This document shows positions 51,656 through 64,000 of a DNA stretch of 64,000 bases, piece after piece. Every line of letters starts with the position of its first letter. Within the stretch, counting starts at the first letter, position 1. The position numbers and the translations under genes were made by a program. Source of the stretch: Octopus sinensis (lineage: Eukaryota); contig NC_043005.1 of assembly GCF_006345805.1 (NCBI RefSeq), positions 54,932,001 to 54,996,000 of the forward strand, written 5' to 3'. The notes below the pieces were generated by a model that saw only the letters and a list, made by a program, of their open reading frames with translations, did no database searches and had not been told where the DNA came from.

Positions 51656-54600
51656 TACACACACGCACATATATACATGTATGTATGTATATATATATAT
51701 ATATGTATGTATATATGTGTGTGTGTGTGTGTGCATTTATATCATGTAGGTAAAAGCAAGAATTTCGTAAGGAGGTTGATATTAGTATTGCTGTGTTTTT
51801 ATACTGTGTTATAAGAGCATGTAATTTCATGTTTAAAAGGTATTCCTCTGAGTCTAGGAATGAAATGTTTACTGTTTTTCTTCTTCTTCAAGCGAGATAT
51901 AACAATGAAATAATCTAAATGCACACTATATATTCAGGCCATATGTCTATCTTTACGGCTTGTCCTTGTTAGCTGATGCTAATAAAGAGATTGAAATGCT
52001 TCCTAAATCAGTTTTAACTCATGCGCTCTTGACTTTTATTAAACATTTCAGGAAATAATTTATAGTTTGAAATTGGTTTAATTAAAATTATTAAAGTCCT
52101 CACAAAAAAATTTTTACATTTTTTTCTTGTAATATTTCTCTCTTTTCATTCTAATAGTGGTTAAATAGCTTTAAGCTACTAGTGTAACAAATATAATGAT
52201 GAATAAAAGCAAAATAAAAGGAAGTAAAAAAAAAAAAAAGAAAAGAACATAGAATTCAATCTCCAGCACTAAGTTGTCTGCTCATCATCAGTGTTCCATC
52301 TTCTGTAAATCTTCTTTGCTTCTTGTGCAAATGAACTCTGCATCCACACGGATACCAATCAACCTACCAAATTGTCCTCTTTTGCCTTTACGACATTGTG
52401 TGTGTGTGCACGCACTTTTACCCTTATCTTTGTATATAAATTCTTTGTTACACTTTGTCTGCTAACTTTTTTTTTACTTACTTCCATAAAACCAAGCCTA
52501 TTCATATTAACCATGTCTCAGTTTTAAATCTCAGTTACTGTGGGAGCAGGTCTCTTTTTAAATATGAAACTTTCATGCAACCACAATGTCACAATATCTG
52601 ACTGATTCTGCCTGAGGATACTAAAACTCCTACTATTACAAAATATATACTCTTATGTTACTGTCTTATAATTTGCACAAGCAACATTTCCAGGTAATGC
52701 CTTCTGCCATGAATTTCATTGAATTACAAGTAAATTGGCCCTTAGAAATTGCAGAGGAATAAATGGAAGATATTTTAATTTGATAAAAAACAATACTGGT
52801 CCAATATTTAGTATGATATAGTATAGACCTATAATAAAGTTTAGTGTAAGAAACAACTCAACTGCCTTGGCTAGAAAGGTTTACTTTCCAATAGTGAATG
52901 TTACTGATGCTGTGAGCATCAACTTGTGATAATTTTTTTTTTTCTGTAGGAAATGGTAAATCTTTATTTCACTATATTTCTTACAAAAACGTCTAAGCAG
53001 TATTATTAATGCAGAGAAAACAATAACAAAAAGTAAGGTACTAAAACACTAAAATCTCTGCTAATTTCTTCTTTATGTCCTATTTTAATCATTTTACAAT
53101 TTAGGATAATCTTAGCCATTTTATTTTTACGTAACCAAGAAACCAAATACCAGTAGCATATTTTATTTTAAATAAACTAAAATACAGAAGAAAATGTCTG
53201 GTCATTTGGAATCATCACTTGTTGTAAAATTGTCTTGTATTGCAAATCAATCTGGATTTATTTGTACATCAGAAAAATAATGCCTCCTTTGTATATATAT
53301 ATATAATATATATATATACATATAATAATTTCATGCTCTTTCTGTCTGTCTCTATCTATCGATCTGTCTGTCTACATGCATGCGTACTCACACTCACATA
53401 TACAGTTCACAAATGCTTGTACACTCTACGTATACCTTTCACCTACATGTATATGTGCATTTACAGTAAATTACTTGATAATTAATGATTGTTAAAGCAG
53501 CATGAAGTTTTGGTCACATTGGTCTTAATATCTTGAGCAGGAACACAGTAAATGTCTATTGTCGTGTAAAAATTAATGTCCGTGTAGTTAGGAGTCTGAT
53601 ACCTTGTATGTTCAAGCATAACACTTGCTTTCTAAATTAAGCATGATGATCTCTTGGCAAAGTGCTTTTTTTTTTCTACAGGCTGTATATCACTATATCT
53701 GCTGAGAGTTTTGAGTTAGTAAGCCTACTTCATTAACTAGCCTAATACACTTCTCGGTGATAATTGACAAATAAAGTTGAGGATGTTGGCTATGGAAAAC
53801 TTGTAAAAACCTAATGAAATATCATCTCCCAGTCCTAAATATCTAATGTCTTGTGCTTACTTGAAGAATTCATACTCACACCTTTAGCCGAGCAAAAATC
53901 ATCTAACTGGAAGTCGACAGTTATTCATTACTTTATTTGCATGGCTATTGCAATTTCGACGCATTTTAATTGTAGTTCCTTCAATTATTATGAAGCTCTG
54001 AAGTATTGCGCATAGCAGAAGTTGTAAGTTGAACAGTATGTAAAGCTATTGAAATGAAGAATTAAAACAAGATCTGTCGAACTTAAGAATTTACTGCATA
54101 TTCACATTCTCTATGATAACTGCATACTTCTAGGTCGACCAGGCTATTAGATTGAATAGTCTTGTGTATTAAGAATTGTCTTTGTCAAAGACAGTGTAGT
54201 CCTAGTAAAGGAACCTTAACTATGGATTTTTTATTTGGAAAGCTAATACAGAACCAACTTGACTAAATGTAGTTCTTCAATATATATTAAAAGCTGATTA
54301 TTAACAATAATTTGGGTTTAAAGTGCTAAAGCCTTGCACTAGAAAATTCAATTGTTCATTTTGTTTTATTATTTCTATTTTGAGTAAGTTTCATTTTCTA
54401 CGAAACAAAACTTTCGTATTGTGCATTAAGGAAAACCTATCCTAACATTAATGCCATAAGCTGATCTTTTTAGTTTTTATAGCTTAAGTATTATGAACTT
54501 AAGCATATCATTAAATACCATACAATATAAAAATTGTAAAGATAAACTGTATAGCAGAGAGACTTCATATCAATTTATCAAGATATTGAATGAAAATATA

Positions 54601-57600
54601 ATTTCTTGAGGATAAAAAAAAAAAGTCATTGGATTACAAATTCTATATGTCTGAAGAAATTTGTTAAATAGGCTTTATGACATTTGTTGTAACTCACTAT
54701 ATGAAATGATTTTTAAAAATTTTCCTAATGTTTAATTTGATTTATTTGTTGTTTGTTTTTCTTCTGTTGAGCATGATATATTTTCATTGCATTTTATACA
54801 ATATATAAAACTGGTTGACATACTATTGGATTTAATCTTTATGCTATATTTCATGAATATTACTTTATGAAATTATAATCAACTGATTGTTTATATCTTA
54901 AAATATTACATCAGATTTTTGAAATATTTTGTATGAATTCTAAACAAAATCAAGGGTTAGACCTTAAATGGAATGTTGATATTAAAAAAGAAAGAAAATT
55001 AAGAAAATAAGAAAACAGAAAAAAAAAAACCACTTTTATAATTCAGGATATTCCATTTCTAAGGTCAGTATGCCACCAGAGCTGTTTTGATATGGGTTGC
55101 CTGGTCTGTTTCTCATATGCTAATGACCAGTGTTTAAAATCCTTGTGGCAGTCTTCCAAGATTTTGGTGTCTCATTTCTATTCCACAAACAATGCCTACT
55201 TACTTAGGGATTTTCTAATAAAAATAGCATATCTTGTTGAGGTCTGTTGAAGCTAAAATATGAATTGGCCCCCACCAAATAACTTTTAGACCTGGACTCC
55301 AGATGAACTATGCTACTCAGCTTAAACTAATCTATGATCATTTTACTGAAATCAATATATTGATGTTTCCATCTGACCTTGGCAAGGTTGAATAAATGCG
55401 TGCTTGTTTATGGCCATTTGGGCTTGTAACTCTACATTTTGTAGCATTTCATGTACCTCTTAATATTTGATGAGTCTAAAAGTATTGTATATGTATGTGT
55501 GTGTGTCTGTTAAATGATAATCCTCTCATTCACTGATTGTCTGAGACAACAAATACAATTTAACTGCACTAACCATGTCTAATGTTGCTATTGGCACAAT
55601 TTCAAATGTGGATATATATCTCTTTCCTTAAAATGTCCAGCTTTTCAGTTAAGTTTGAAAGTTGCCTCTTGTTGTTCTGCTAGATTGTAGACAAAAGACC
55701 AGTGTTACTGACTTGTGAAAATAATTGTACTAATTAAATTATTGTCTGAATAAGTGCCAAGATGAGCAAGGAAGAAAAATGGAATGGGTGGAGGGAAAGG
55801 AAAGAGACTGTATCTGTGACCTATCACAAAGTTGACTTGAATTAAGAACTCATTGCGACCACAATATTGAGCTTTTTCACTTGGACATTTTACACAATAT
55901 TAGCATCCTAACTACCAAAACTAATTAGTTAATTCATGTAAATTAGCCGTTAAAATCTAAGTCGAGATTTCTTTTAAAGCCTTTAATTACAGATTAAATG
56001 CTTTATGTGTGTGTGCATATACATATACACACATACATGTGTGTGTGTGTGTGTATAAAATCTTGTCATATTCATATATATTTCATGTTTGAATTCTTTG
56101 TTATTAATCAGTTTGATTTTAAATTTTACACCAGTGCAAGTTTATTTCCAGCAATGACACAATGTAAATATTGGGGCTCTAAAGAGTAAACTACACAAAT
56201 GAATAAAATAAAATAAAGGCTTCTCAAGCTGATGTGATGAGGGAAGCTTGGAAGCTTAGTGAATTTTTTTATTTTAAAAAATTTTTTTGTTTTATCTGTT
56301 TACTGAATCAGATTTAACTTGGCAACTCTATAGTGTATATATACCAAAATAGAGTGAAATCCACATGGTAACTAAAATAAAATAGATTGTTGAAATTGTT
56401 TGTTCATGAATAATCAATTACATTATATACATGAGAACATAAATTAAGTTGGAAATACTGGATTTTGAAGAAAAAAATAGAACACTTGATATTTGTTCAT
56501 TTTTTTTGGTTTAGCGTATTACCAGAAAATTGTCGTATATTTAGAATCATTGTAGTTGACTCTTCTCTTGTTTTTGGTAACATCTTTGAATACTTGCTAA
56601 TAAGTCAGCAAGATCTGTTGACTGAATACTTAGGTTATGTATTAAATAGAGATATATGTTCACAGATCTTGATGTTCTGATTTTAGGGTAATATTCATCC
56701 TGTGTTGTATATGAGGTTGTCACAGGTAAAACACCGAATTGCTAGATATAACTGGAAAATGTAGAGAAATATTTGAGGAGTGTGTGTGTGTGTGGGAGAG
56801 GTTAGCTCAAAAATAGAATAAAAATTTAGATTGTTTAACTTTGTTCAGTTGTTAGGTAAACTTTGTATTTTAGAATTTTCTGAACTAGATACAATAAATA
56901 CAAGGATGCCAGTACAGGGATAGCTTTGCAATACTGAGAAAATAGCTTTCGTTGTTTACTATGAAACGTTTTATGAAGCAGACAAATAGGATAGTTACCA
57001 ACTCAGTGTAGATTATGGATATTGTGTTAGTAGATATTTGCAAAAATAATTCGTTTACCAAACAGCCATCGGAATATGATAGATCAAGGTCAGAGCCATG
57101 CAAGTCTGACATTGAACTAAATGTTGCAGCATGATAATCAAAGAGAATAGCTGTCTATGTTTGTGTTTCTTTTCATTTCAAATGGTCCAATGGGAGTTTT
57201 CTAATGCTTAAAATTCAGTTACTGGTCAAAGGAAAGCTGTGTTCTTAATAGGAAATATTTCTTTGATGCTGTCATTTCTAATGATTTCAGAACAAATAAA
57301 TAATGTAGCATCATCCCATACATCATTGTAACTGTTGCTGCAAAGACAATATTCTATTGATGAAATGCTATAATTCATATCAAAGAAATATATTAAGTTT
57401 TCATCATATTTTCATTTTAGAAACAGTCATAGAAGTCCTTTTATTTTTTTTTTTAAGCTAGTAAGTAATACATCACCTTAAATATTTGTCTGAACATTAT
57501 TTCAATTGCATTTTTTAATTTTACATAAAAAATATTTTAGCTATTTTAATGGTGATTTGAATGGGAAAAAAAATTATAACTTTATTTTATTGTCGCAGGC

Positions 57601-57959
57601 TTCATATACCTGAGAGTGTATATGTTCTATAGTATAAATGATACTAGAATGTTATCTGTCATTTGATGAGTGATGTTGATAATATACTTTAGCTCTTGTA
57701 GGTAGTAACAGACAATGTAGTTAATAACAGATGATGTTAAAAGGGTACCATAATTATAACAAATTTTTTAGTGGTTATATAAAATGATGAAATGAACAGT
57801 GATTTTTCAAATATCTATTAATTAAAATGAAATTAAATAAACCAAGTTTCACAAATGTATATTTGCCATAAATATGTTATTAATAACAATACTACTGTTT
57901 AACTATGAATTAATTATAAACGTAACTTGATATTAGCTATCGTATGGTAACACTGGTTA

Positions 57960-58140
57960 GTGTATGTATGTATGTATGCTTGTGTGTGGGTATGTGTGTG
58001 CAACTAGATAGATACACCGAAAGATATCGTAATTAAGGGAGATAAATTCAATAAGATAAGAGTTATCTCCCTTTGGAGGACGGACTAACAGAGAGAGAGA
58101 CAGACAGACAGACAGATTTCTAATTTATGCTAATAAATAA
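57960..58140 (-). mobile_element. Helitron/Helentron-associated MITE-like fragment
   Basis: Hairpin aagggagataa..ttatctccctt next to a (GACA)n tract, an arrangement typical of such elements. Confidence 0.4.
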
Positions 58141-59699
58141 CTTACATATCTTCATAGAGAATCTCTAGCAGTTAACCTAGACATCCCACACTGTGATAGA
58201 TGTCAGTGTATAATATATTTAATGTGTGATGGACTGTGCGTAGTTAACCAGCTGTCACGTTCGGCCCGCGTCCAAAACCAATGCAGATGTAGGTAATTAT
58301 GGGATCTTGGTTCAGTTCTTAGGACTTGTGCAGCATTTAACCCTTTCCTTTTTTTTCCCCTCTTTTTACTGTAGTTGTTCATTTCAGATTTGCAAGGGGA
58401 CAAATTCCTTGTGAGTTTGCTTTCTACCTTGCACCACTCAAGCAAGATAGGCTCCTTGAAGGTGAAATATTACTTGACAGTGGGATATGATGCAGTACTA
58501 CTGCTGCTAAGGTAGCAGTTGCCAACCTTACTGCTAGTTGTTTGTGATCTTATCACTTTCCCCTTCATATTTTCACACACATACACACACACATTTTATT
58601 TATATATATACATATATATATGTGTATGCGTGTGTGTCACTGATGTATTTTTTATTATATAATTTGATTACCTACTCCACTATTGTTCTCCATGTGTACA
58701 AGACATATTATCAATCTTTATAAGATTCCAACAAATTTAGAATTAATTCCAACACTACTTCTCAGCAGCTTTTCTAATGTATATTGGTAACTATGACAAA
58801 ACATGGGAGCTCTGTTAATGTGATTGTGTTTAAGATACCACCTATGTTCAAACATAATCTCATTAATTTCATCCATGCATTCACATTTCACAGAATAAAA
58901 GACTTGAATCTTTTATAGTTTATCAATTCATACAATTTGTTTTCTGAGCTTGCTCCTGTGTGTGCTTGCGCAGCTACACATGATGCCAGTGAGTGGAACA
59001 TTGTACGTGCACAAATGTGTGTGTGTGTGTATTATCACTTCAATTATATATAAATATATACATATATATATTTATATATAATTGAAGTGTAGGGGTGTTG
59101 TTCCAAATTTCTATGAAACTATTTTTGAATTTGAATTTATAAATGGCTTGTTTTTGGATTTATATCAATCAATTTGCAAATTAAGTTTAATTTCTAATGC
59201 TTGCAACAATAATCTCTGTATATACATTTACAAACTTCCATAACTTGATGGACGTTAATTTTGATTTATTCTTAATTTCTCTTTTGAAATTAATTAAATA
59301 GACACATACACACATCATAATTTACAATTTTCAAGTATGTATTCCTGTACTATTGTGTGTGTGTGTGTGTACATATATGTATGGGTGTGTGAGGTGTTGC
59401 TTGGTTTAATCATGTTACCATGTGAATCACAGCAAGTGAAATGTGCTGAGTGTTGACATGCAGTAGTTCCTGGCTTTGTATACAGTGCAAACAAGTAGTG
59501 TAAACATTTAAACATTGTCACTATTTTCCCAATTCTTTCTGAATTTCACATGAAATTTTTGGTCCTTCAAAATCATTTTGACATGTAAGTAGACCTACCT
59601 GATTTTGGCTGTAAATTTTAGTCGCAAAAATCTGACTCATATACTGGAAAATGCAGTACTAGTCAAAGAGCTGATGTCTTCTGTCACTTGTGCAAATAT

Positions 59700-60820
59700 T
59701 AATGCCTGACTTATCATTCCTTTTGTAGTTCAGTGTGCTGCACACTTTAAAAAATGTGAAGAATATGCTTTCGAGGTCTGGACACAATGTAACCTTAAAC
59801 ATACTGGAATCCATTCGGCAAGAAACCAGCTTCAAAATTGTTGTTTAGGTGCCAAAAGGTAATAAAATAGAGCAGGCAGCACAGCAGCCAATAGAAAAGT
59901 GCCTCAGATCCCTCTGGGACATATGTTGTCAGGAAAAAAAAAATTACAGCTCAATATGGGTGAGATTTCCAACAGCAGATGAGGCCAGGAAGCACTCCAG
60001 AACAACCATAAGGAGTAACGAATTAATCTTCGTAGCAATCTACCTTGGCCATAGAGTAGTAAGAATAAAGATAGTAGATTTGTCCCTAGAAGTAAACATT
60101 CATCTGGTTGATGGCGGCTGTTTTCTTTGACATAGAGGATTAAATTAATATTCAATGGATCCAGAGGTTAGAGAAACAAAATTGCTGGGGCAAGGGATGG
60201 AGCTGTTATTTCAAATGTATCACCGAAGCATGGAATATTTTCTCAACCTAAACAATATTCCAGATGACTCACAACAATTGTATGTGGCTGTTGAGTGCAG
60301 AAATTCAAGATGGTACTCCTGTGGTAACAATAACCATCTCAAAGCTTTCTGGCCACAGGATAAAAAAAAAAAGGACTACTCCATAGCAGCAACAAAAATC
60401 GGAGCAGTTTGTGATTGCAACTGCAACAATGACAGTAGCTGCAGCACTGAAACCAGCTGCAACAACAACAAAAACAACGGAAGCAAAATTGTCATCAACA
60501 AGTGCTGTATCACAGACAACAACTGAAAGCTCCCAAACAATAAAAAGAGAACAGAGAAAATCCCCCCCCCCGTTTTGTTAGTCAAGGAGTGAGGGTATTG
60601 CTGCTGAGAAAGGACCAAGACAAGGGTGATCACATTGATAAATCTTTAGTCCATAACTGTGCTAAATGTCGATTCCAGAATTTTGGCCAAGGTCTTGTCA
60701 CAGAGGTTGGCACCTGACAACAGTGGTCTGATTAGTGATGCACAAACATGAGCCATCCCAGACAGGTCTATTGACAACAACCTCCACCTCATGTAATACA
60801 TCATAGAGGGGGCCGGGCAG
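59700..60820 (+). mobile_element. Tx1/L1-like LINE relic: ORF1-like region followed by the start of RT
   Basis: Decayed zinc knuckle (WYSCGNNNHLKAFWP), then LLRKDQDKGDHI and SITVLNVDSRILAKVLSQRL...QT*AIPDRSIDNNLHLM*YII (RT N-terminal motifs). Confidence 0.75.
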
Positions 60821-60839
60821 TGGGGTAGTTTTAATATAT

Positions 60840-61900
60840 TTTTCATCTTCAGTTTTCTTTTACCTTTGCTCTCTTTATCCTCTTCATGTACCTTTTTCAT
60901 CAACTGTTTTCATCTTTGTGCCACCTTTCATTTTGATTTTGTTTTTTGACCTTCTTGCTTTTATGTATCTTTTTTTCTTTCATTTTACTCATTTTGCTTT
61001 TCCATTTTTCTCTTTTCTTTCTTTTCTCTTTTCTTTCTTTCCTTCTTTCCTGCCTTTCTTTTGCTTTCCTTCCTCCTTACCTTCCTTCCTTCCTTCCCTA
61101 CTGTCTTTCTTTCCTTCTTTCCTGCCTTTCTTTTGCTTTCCTTCCTCCTTACCTTCCTTCCTTCCTTCCCTACTGTCTTTCTTTCCTTCTTTTCTTTCTC
61201 TTCCTCTTTCCATCTTTCTTTGGTTTTTCTTCTCTCTTCCCTTCCTTTCCTTCTCTTTTCTTTCTTTTCTCTTTTCTTTCTTTCCTTCTTTTCTTTCTCT
61301 TCCTCTTTCCATCTTTCTTTGGTTTTTCTTCTCTCTTCCCTTCCTTTCCTTCTCTTTTCTTTCTTTCCTTCTTTTCTTTCTCTTCCTCTTTCCATCTTTC
61401 TTTGGTTTTTCTTCTCTCTTCCCTTCCTTTCCTTCTCTTTTCTTTCTTTCCTTCTTTTCTTTCACTTCTCACTCTTATTCCTTTTTACTCTTGCTTTGCC
61501 AGATCAGACTGGGCCTGGTGCAGCCTTCTGGCTTCCCAGACACCAGTTGAACCGTCCAACCCATGCTAGCATGGAAAGCGGACGCTAATCGATGATGATG
61601 ATCTTCCTCATTTGCTTATTGTGTGTCCATTTGTCTTTCTTTTTCCTTCCTTCCTTCCCTACTGTCTTTCTTTCCTTCTTTTCTTTCTCTTCCTCTTTCC
61701 ATCTTTCTTTGGTTTTTCTTCTCTCTTCCCTTCCTTTCCTTCTCTTTTCTTTCTTTTCTCTTTTCTTTCTTTCCTTCTTTCCTGCCTTTCTTTTGCTTTC
61801 CTTCCTCCTTACCTTCCTTCCTTCCTTTCTTTCCTTCTCTCTTTTCTTCCTTCCTTCCTTCCTTCCATCTTCTTTTTCTTTCATTCTTTATTCTGTTCTT
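60840..61900. repeat. About 1-kb polypyrimidine/polypurine tract with higher-order 72- and about 81-99-bp units, interrupted by a SINE E tail (61490-61602)
   Basis: tcctgcctttcttttgctttcc... at 61048, 61120 and 61780; ttcctctttccatctttctttggttttt... four times. Confidence 0.9.
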
Positions 61901-62577
61901 TCTTCCTTTCAATACACTAAGAAAATTAACCCTGTCTCTAAACAAGAGCAGTCTTTATTTATTATTTGGTATCTTTCTCATTTCACAATAACCAAACAGA
62001 GTTTTAGTCAGGAAGCATTTAGCATCCTGCCTCGCTTCCCACTCCATTTCCACATATGTGTCTCTGCATCATAAATTTAAAACAAATCAGAAATAACAAA
62101 ATGTGGTGTGTGGAAGGATGACATTTAACTAAAATTGATTTATAATATATAAAAAAAAAATTTTCTCTCCATTTTTGTATCTAAATTATCAAGTATTGTG
62201 GAGTGGATAAAAAATTGATATAAGTTACTTCAGAGTAGAAAAAAAAATACAGGTGATAAATGTTTTTTTTTTTTTTTTTTTTTGCTATAAATAACATTAA
62301 TTATACATTCACACTAGTTTGCATTTTAAAGAAATACACCATGAGAGAAATGAGGTTTTCAGTCATTGGACAGCAGCCATGCTGGCGTGGGCACTACCTT
62401 GAAGGAGTTTAGTTGAAGGAATCAGCCCCAGGATTTCCTTTTTAAAGCCTGTTACTTATTCTATCAGTTGTTTATGCTGAACTGCTAAGTTACAGGAAGG
62501 AATGTAAACAAACAATTGATGGCTGTCAAGTGGTGGTGGAGGACAAACACAACTATAAACAAGCACACGCACACATG

Positions 62578-62915
62578 TGAAGGTGCATGGCTCAGTGGTT
62601 AGAGTATCGGGCTCACAATCTTCAGATTGTGAGTTCAATTCCCAGACCAGGCTGTGTGTTGTGTTCTTGAGCAAGAGACTTTATTTGATGTTGCTACAGT
62701 TCACTCAGCTGTAGAAATGAGTTGTAATATCACTAGTGCTAAACTGTATCAGCCCTTGCCTTTCCCTTGGTTAACATCAATGGTGTGGAGAGGGGAGACT
62801 GGTATTTATAGGCTACCACTGGTCTTCCATAAACAACCTTGCCTAGACTTGTGCCTCCGAGGGAAATTTTCCAGGTGCATCTCATGGTCATTCATGACCG
62901 AAGAGGGTCTTTATC
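62578..62915 (+). mobile_element. SINE family C
   Basis: gaaggtgcatggctcagtggttagagtatcgggctcac...gttcttgagcaagagacttt...catggtcattcatgaccgaag. Confidence 0.9.
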
Positions 62916-62933
62916 CTTTTTATTATATATGTG

Positions 62934-62991
<58 letters not shown>

Positions 62992-63007
62992 TATATATAT
63001 TTATATA

Positions 63008-63059
<52 letters not shown>

Positions 63060-63819
63060 TGTATATATATGCATACACAGATACACACACACAAACATTA
63101 ATGTTTGCTTTTATGCTCAGGTATGATAAAAGCAATTTTACATTAATCTGATGGCTATGCAATACTTTTGTAGAGTACAAATTTATATTCTGAAACGAGT
63201 GTTTTTGACAGTGACTTCGAAGTTTTGGCCAGCTAAGCCATATATATTTACATGACAATCTTCTTTCAGTTTCTTTATTTTTTTTATGATATCCACTCAC
63301 AAGGCTTTGGTTGACCTGGGATGGTGGGGGTTATACTAAAAGATGCTTGCTGAGGGTGCCATTCCATGGGGCTGAACAACTGGACACAGGAACATGTAGT
63401 TTGGAAGCAAGATTCTTACCACACATCCATGCTTGCGCATAGAAGTTTGATATTTGAAACATCAGACAAATCTAATCAAATACTTGTAAGAGAGGTTGCT
63501 GAAAAATTCCTGGATTTAGGAAAAAGAAAATACCAGAGGATCAGTTAATTATGATTTTATTCAACATATTCCCCTCCCAGATTCAGACACTTATTGCAGT
63601 AGTCCTTCAGTTTTTCTCAGCCCTGTAAAAGAACTTGGAACATTGGGTCTCCAACCAGGCCTTTTGTAGTACCCTTAAAGCCAGAAACTTTTCCACACCC
63701 CCTCATGTATATTCACATCTGTTACTAATTTAATTAACTCCTTATTTATTTATGAATTTACTTCAGTTTTTGTTAATACATAAGTTTTGTTTGAAAAATG
63801 AAATTTTTCAACTATTTTG

Positions 63820-64000
63820 TGTTATTACCTCCACTTTAGCGAAGACAGAGGTATTGTTTTCAGTCATGTTTGTTTGTTTGTTTGTCCATGGACAAGATAT
63901 CTCAAGAACCGCTGAATGGATTCAGATGAAACTTTCAGGCATGTTTGCCCTCATGACTGGCATGAACTGCTTAGATTTTGGAATCGATCACTTACCAGAC
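63820..64000 (+). mobile_element. Non-autonomous element with (GTTT)n near its 5' end (DINE-1/HINE-like), truncated by the window
   Basis: attacctcc...gaggtattgttttc...gtttgtttgtttgtcc...gatatctcaagaacc..atggatt...atgaaactt. Confidence 0.5.

Noticed and set aside
53643-53705. Possible C/D snoRNA (ATGATGA ... CTGA)
   Set aside because: No terminal stem and no recognisable rRNA-complementary guide. The interior is a poly-T/CAG splice-acceptor-like sequence.
58230-58272. Resemblance to miR-375 (tgtcacgttcggcccgcgtcca)
   Set aside because: The seed differs and the flanks do not form a pre-miRNA-quality hairpin.
60918-62074. Overlapping F/S/L-rich and K/E/R-rich ORFs up to 210 aa
   Set aside because: All six frames are open because of the CT/GA low-complexity tract; there is no coding signature.

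Overview
AT-rich animal genomic DNA dense in microsatellites and repeats, most likely from an octopod (Octopus-type). This assignment rests on SINE families I recall from Octopus genomes and has not been checked by a search. There is one 100-N scaffold gap (14126-14225). No host protein-coding gene could be identified with confidence, and almost all long ORFs in the track are translations of (TA)n, (CA)n or CT-rich repeats. Bases 1-45.4 kb and 59.7-64 kb are a transposon graveyard. They hold several tRNA-derived SINE families (one with an internal microsatellite), a Tc1 transposase relic, two DD37D (maT-type) mariner deletion derivatives, Ty3/Gypsy pol relics, a Penelope-like RT relic, RTE and Tx1/L1-like LINE fragments, a non-autonomous Helitron, piggyBac/hAT/mariner MITEs and a CpG-decayed tRNA-Asp copy. 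The most notable observations are: (1) minimal type I hammerhead-ribozyme-like motifs, as a near-tandem pair at about 12.15 and 12.71 kb and a single decayed copy at 39.2 kb downstream of the Penelope RT relic; (2) a sharply bounded ~14 kb transposon-poor zone (45.5-59.7 kb) containing several candidate small exons; (3) several inverted duplications or inverted repeat pairs that could form dsRNA. All splice and exon calls are unverified candidates.
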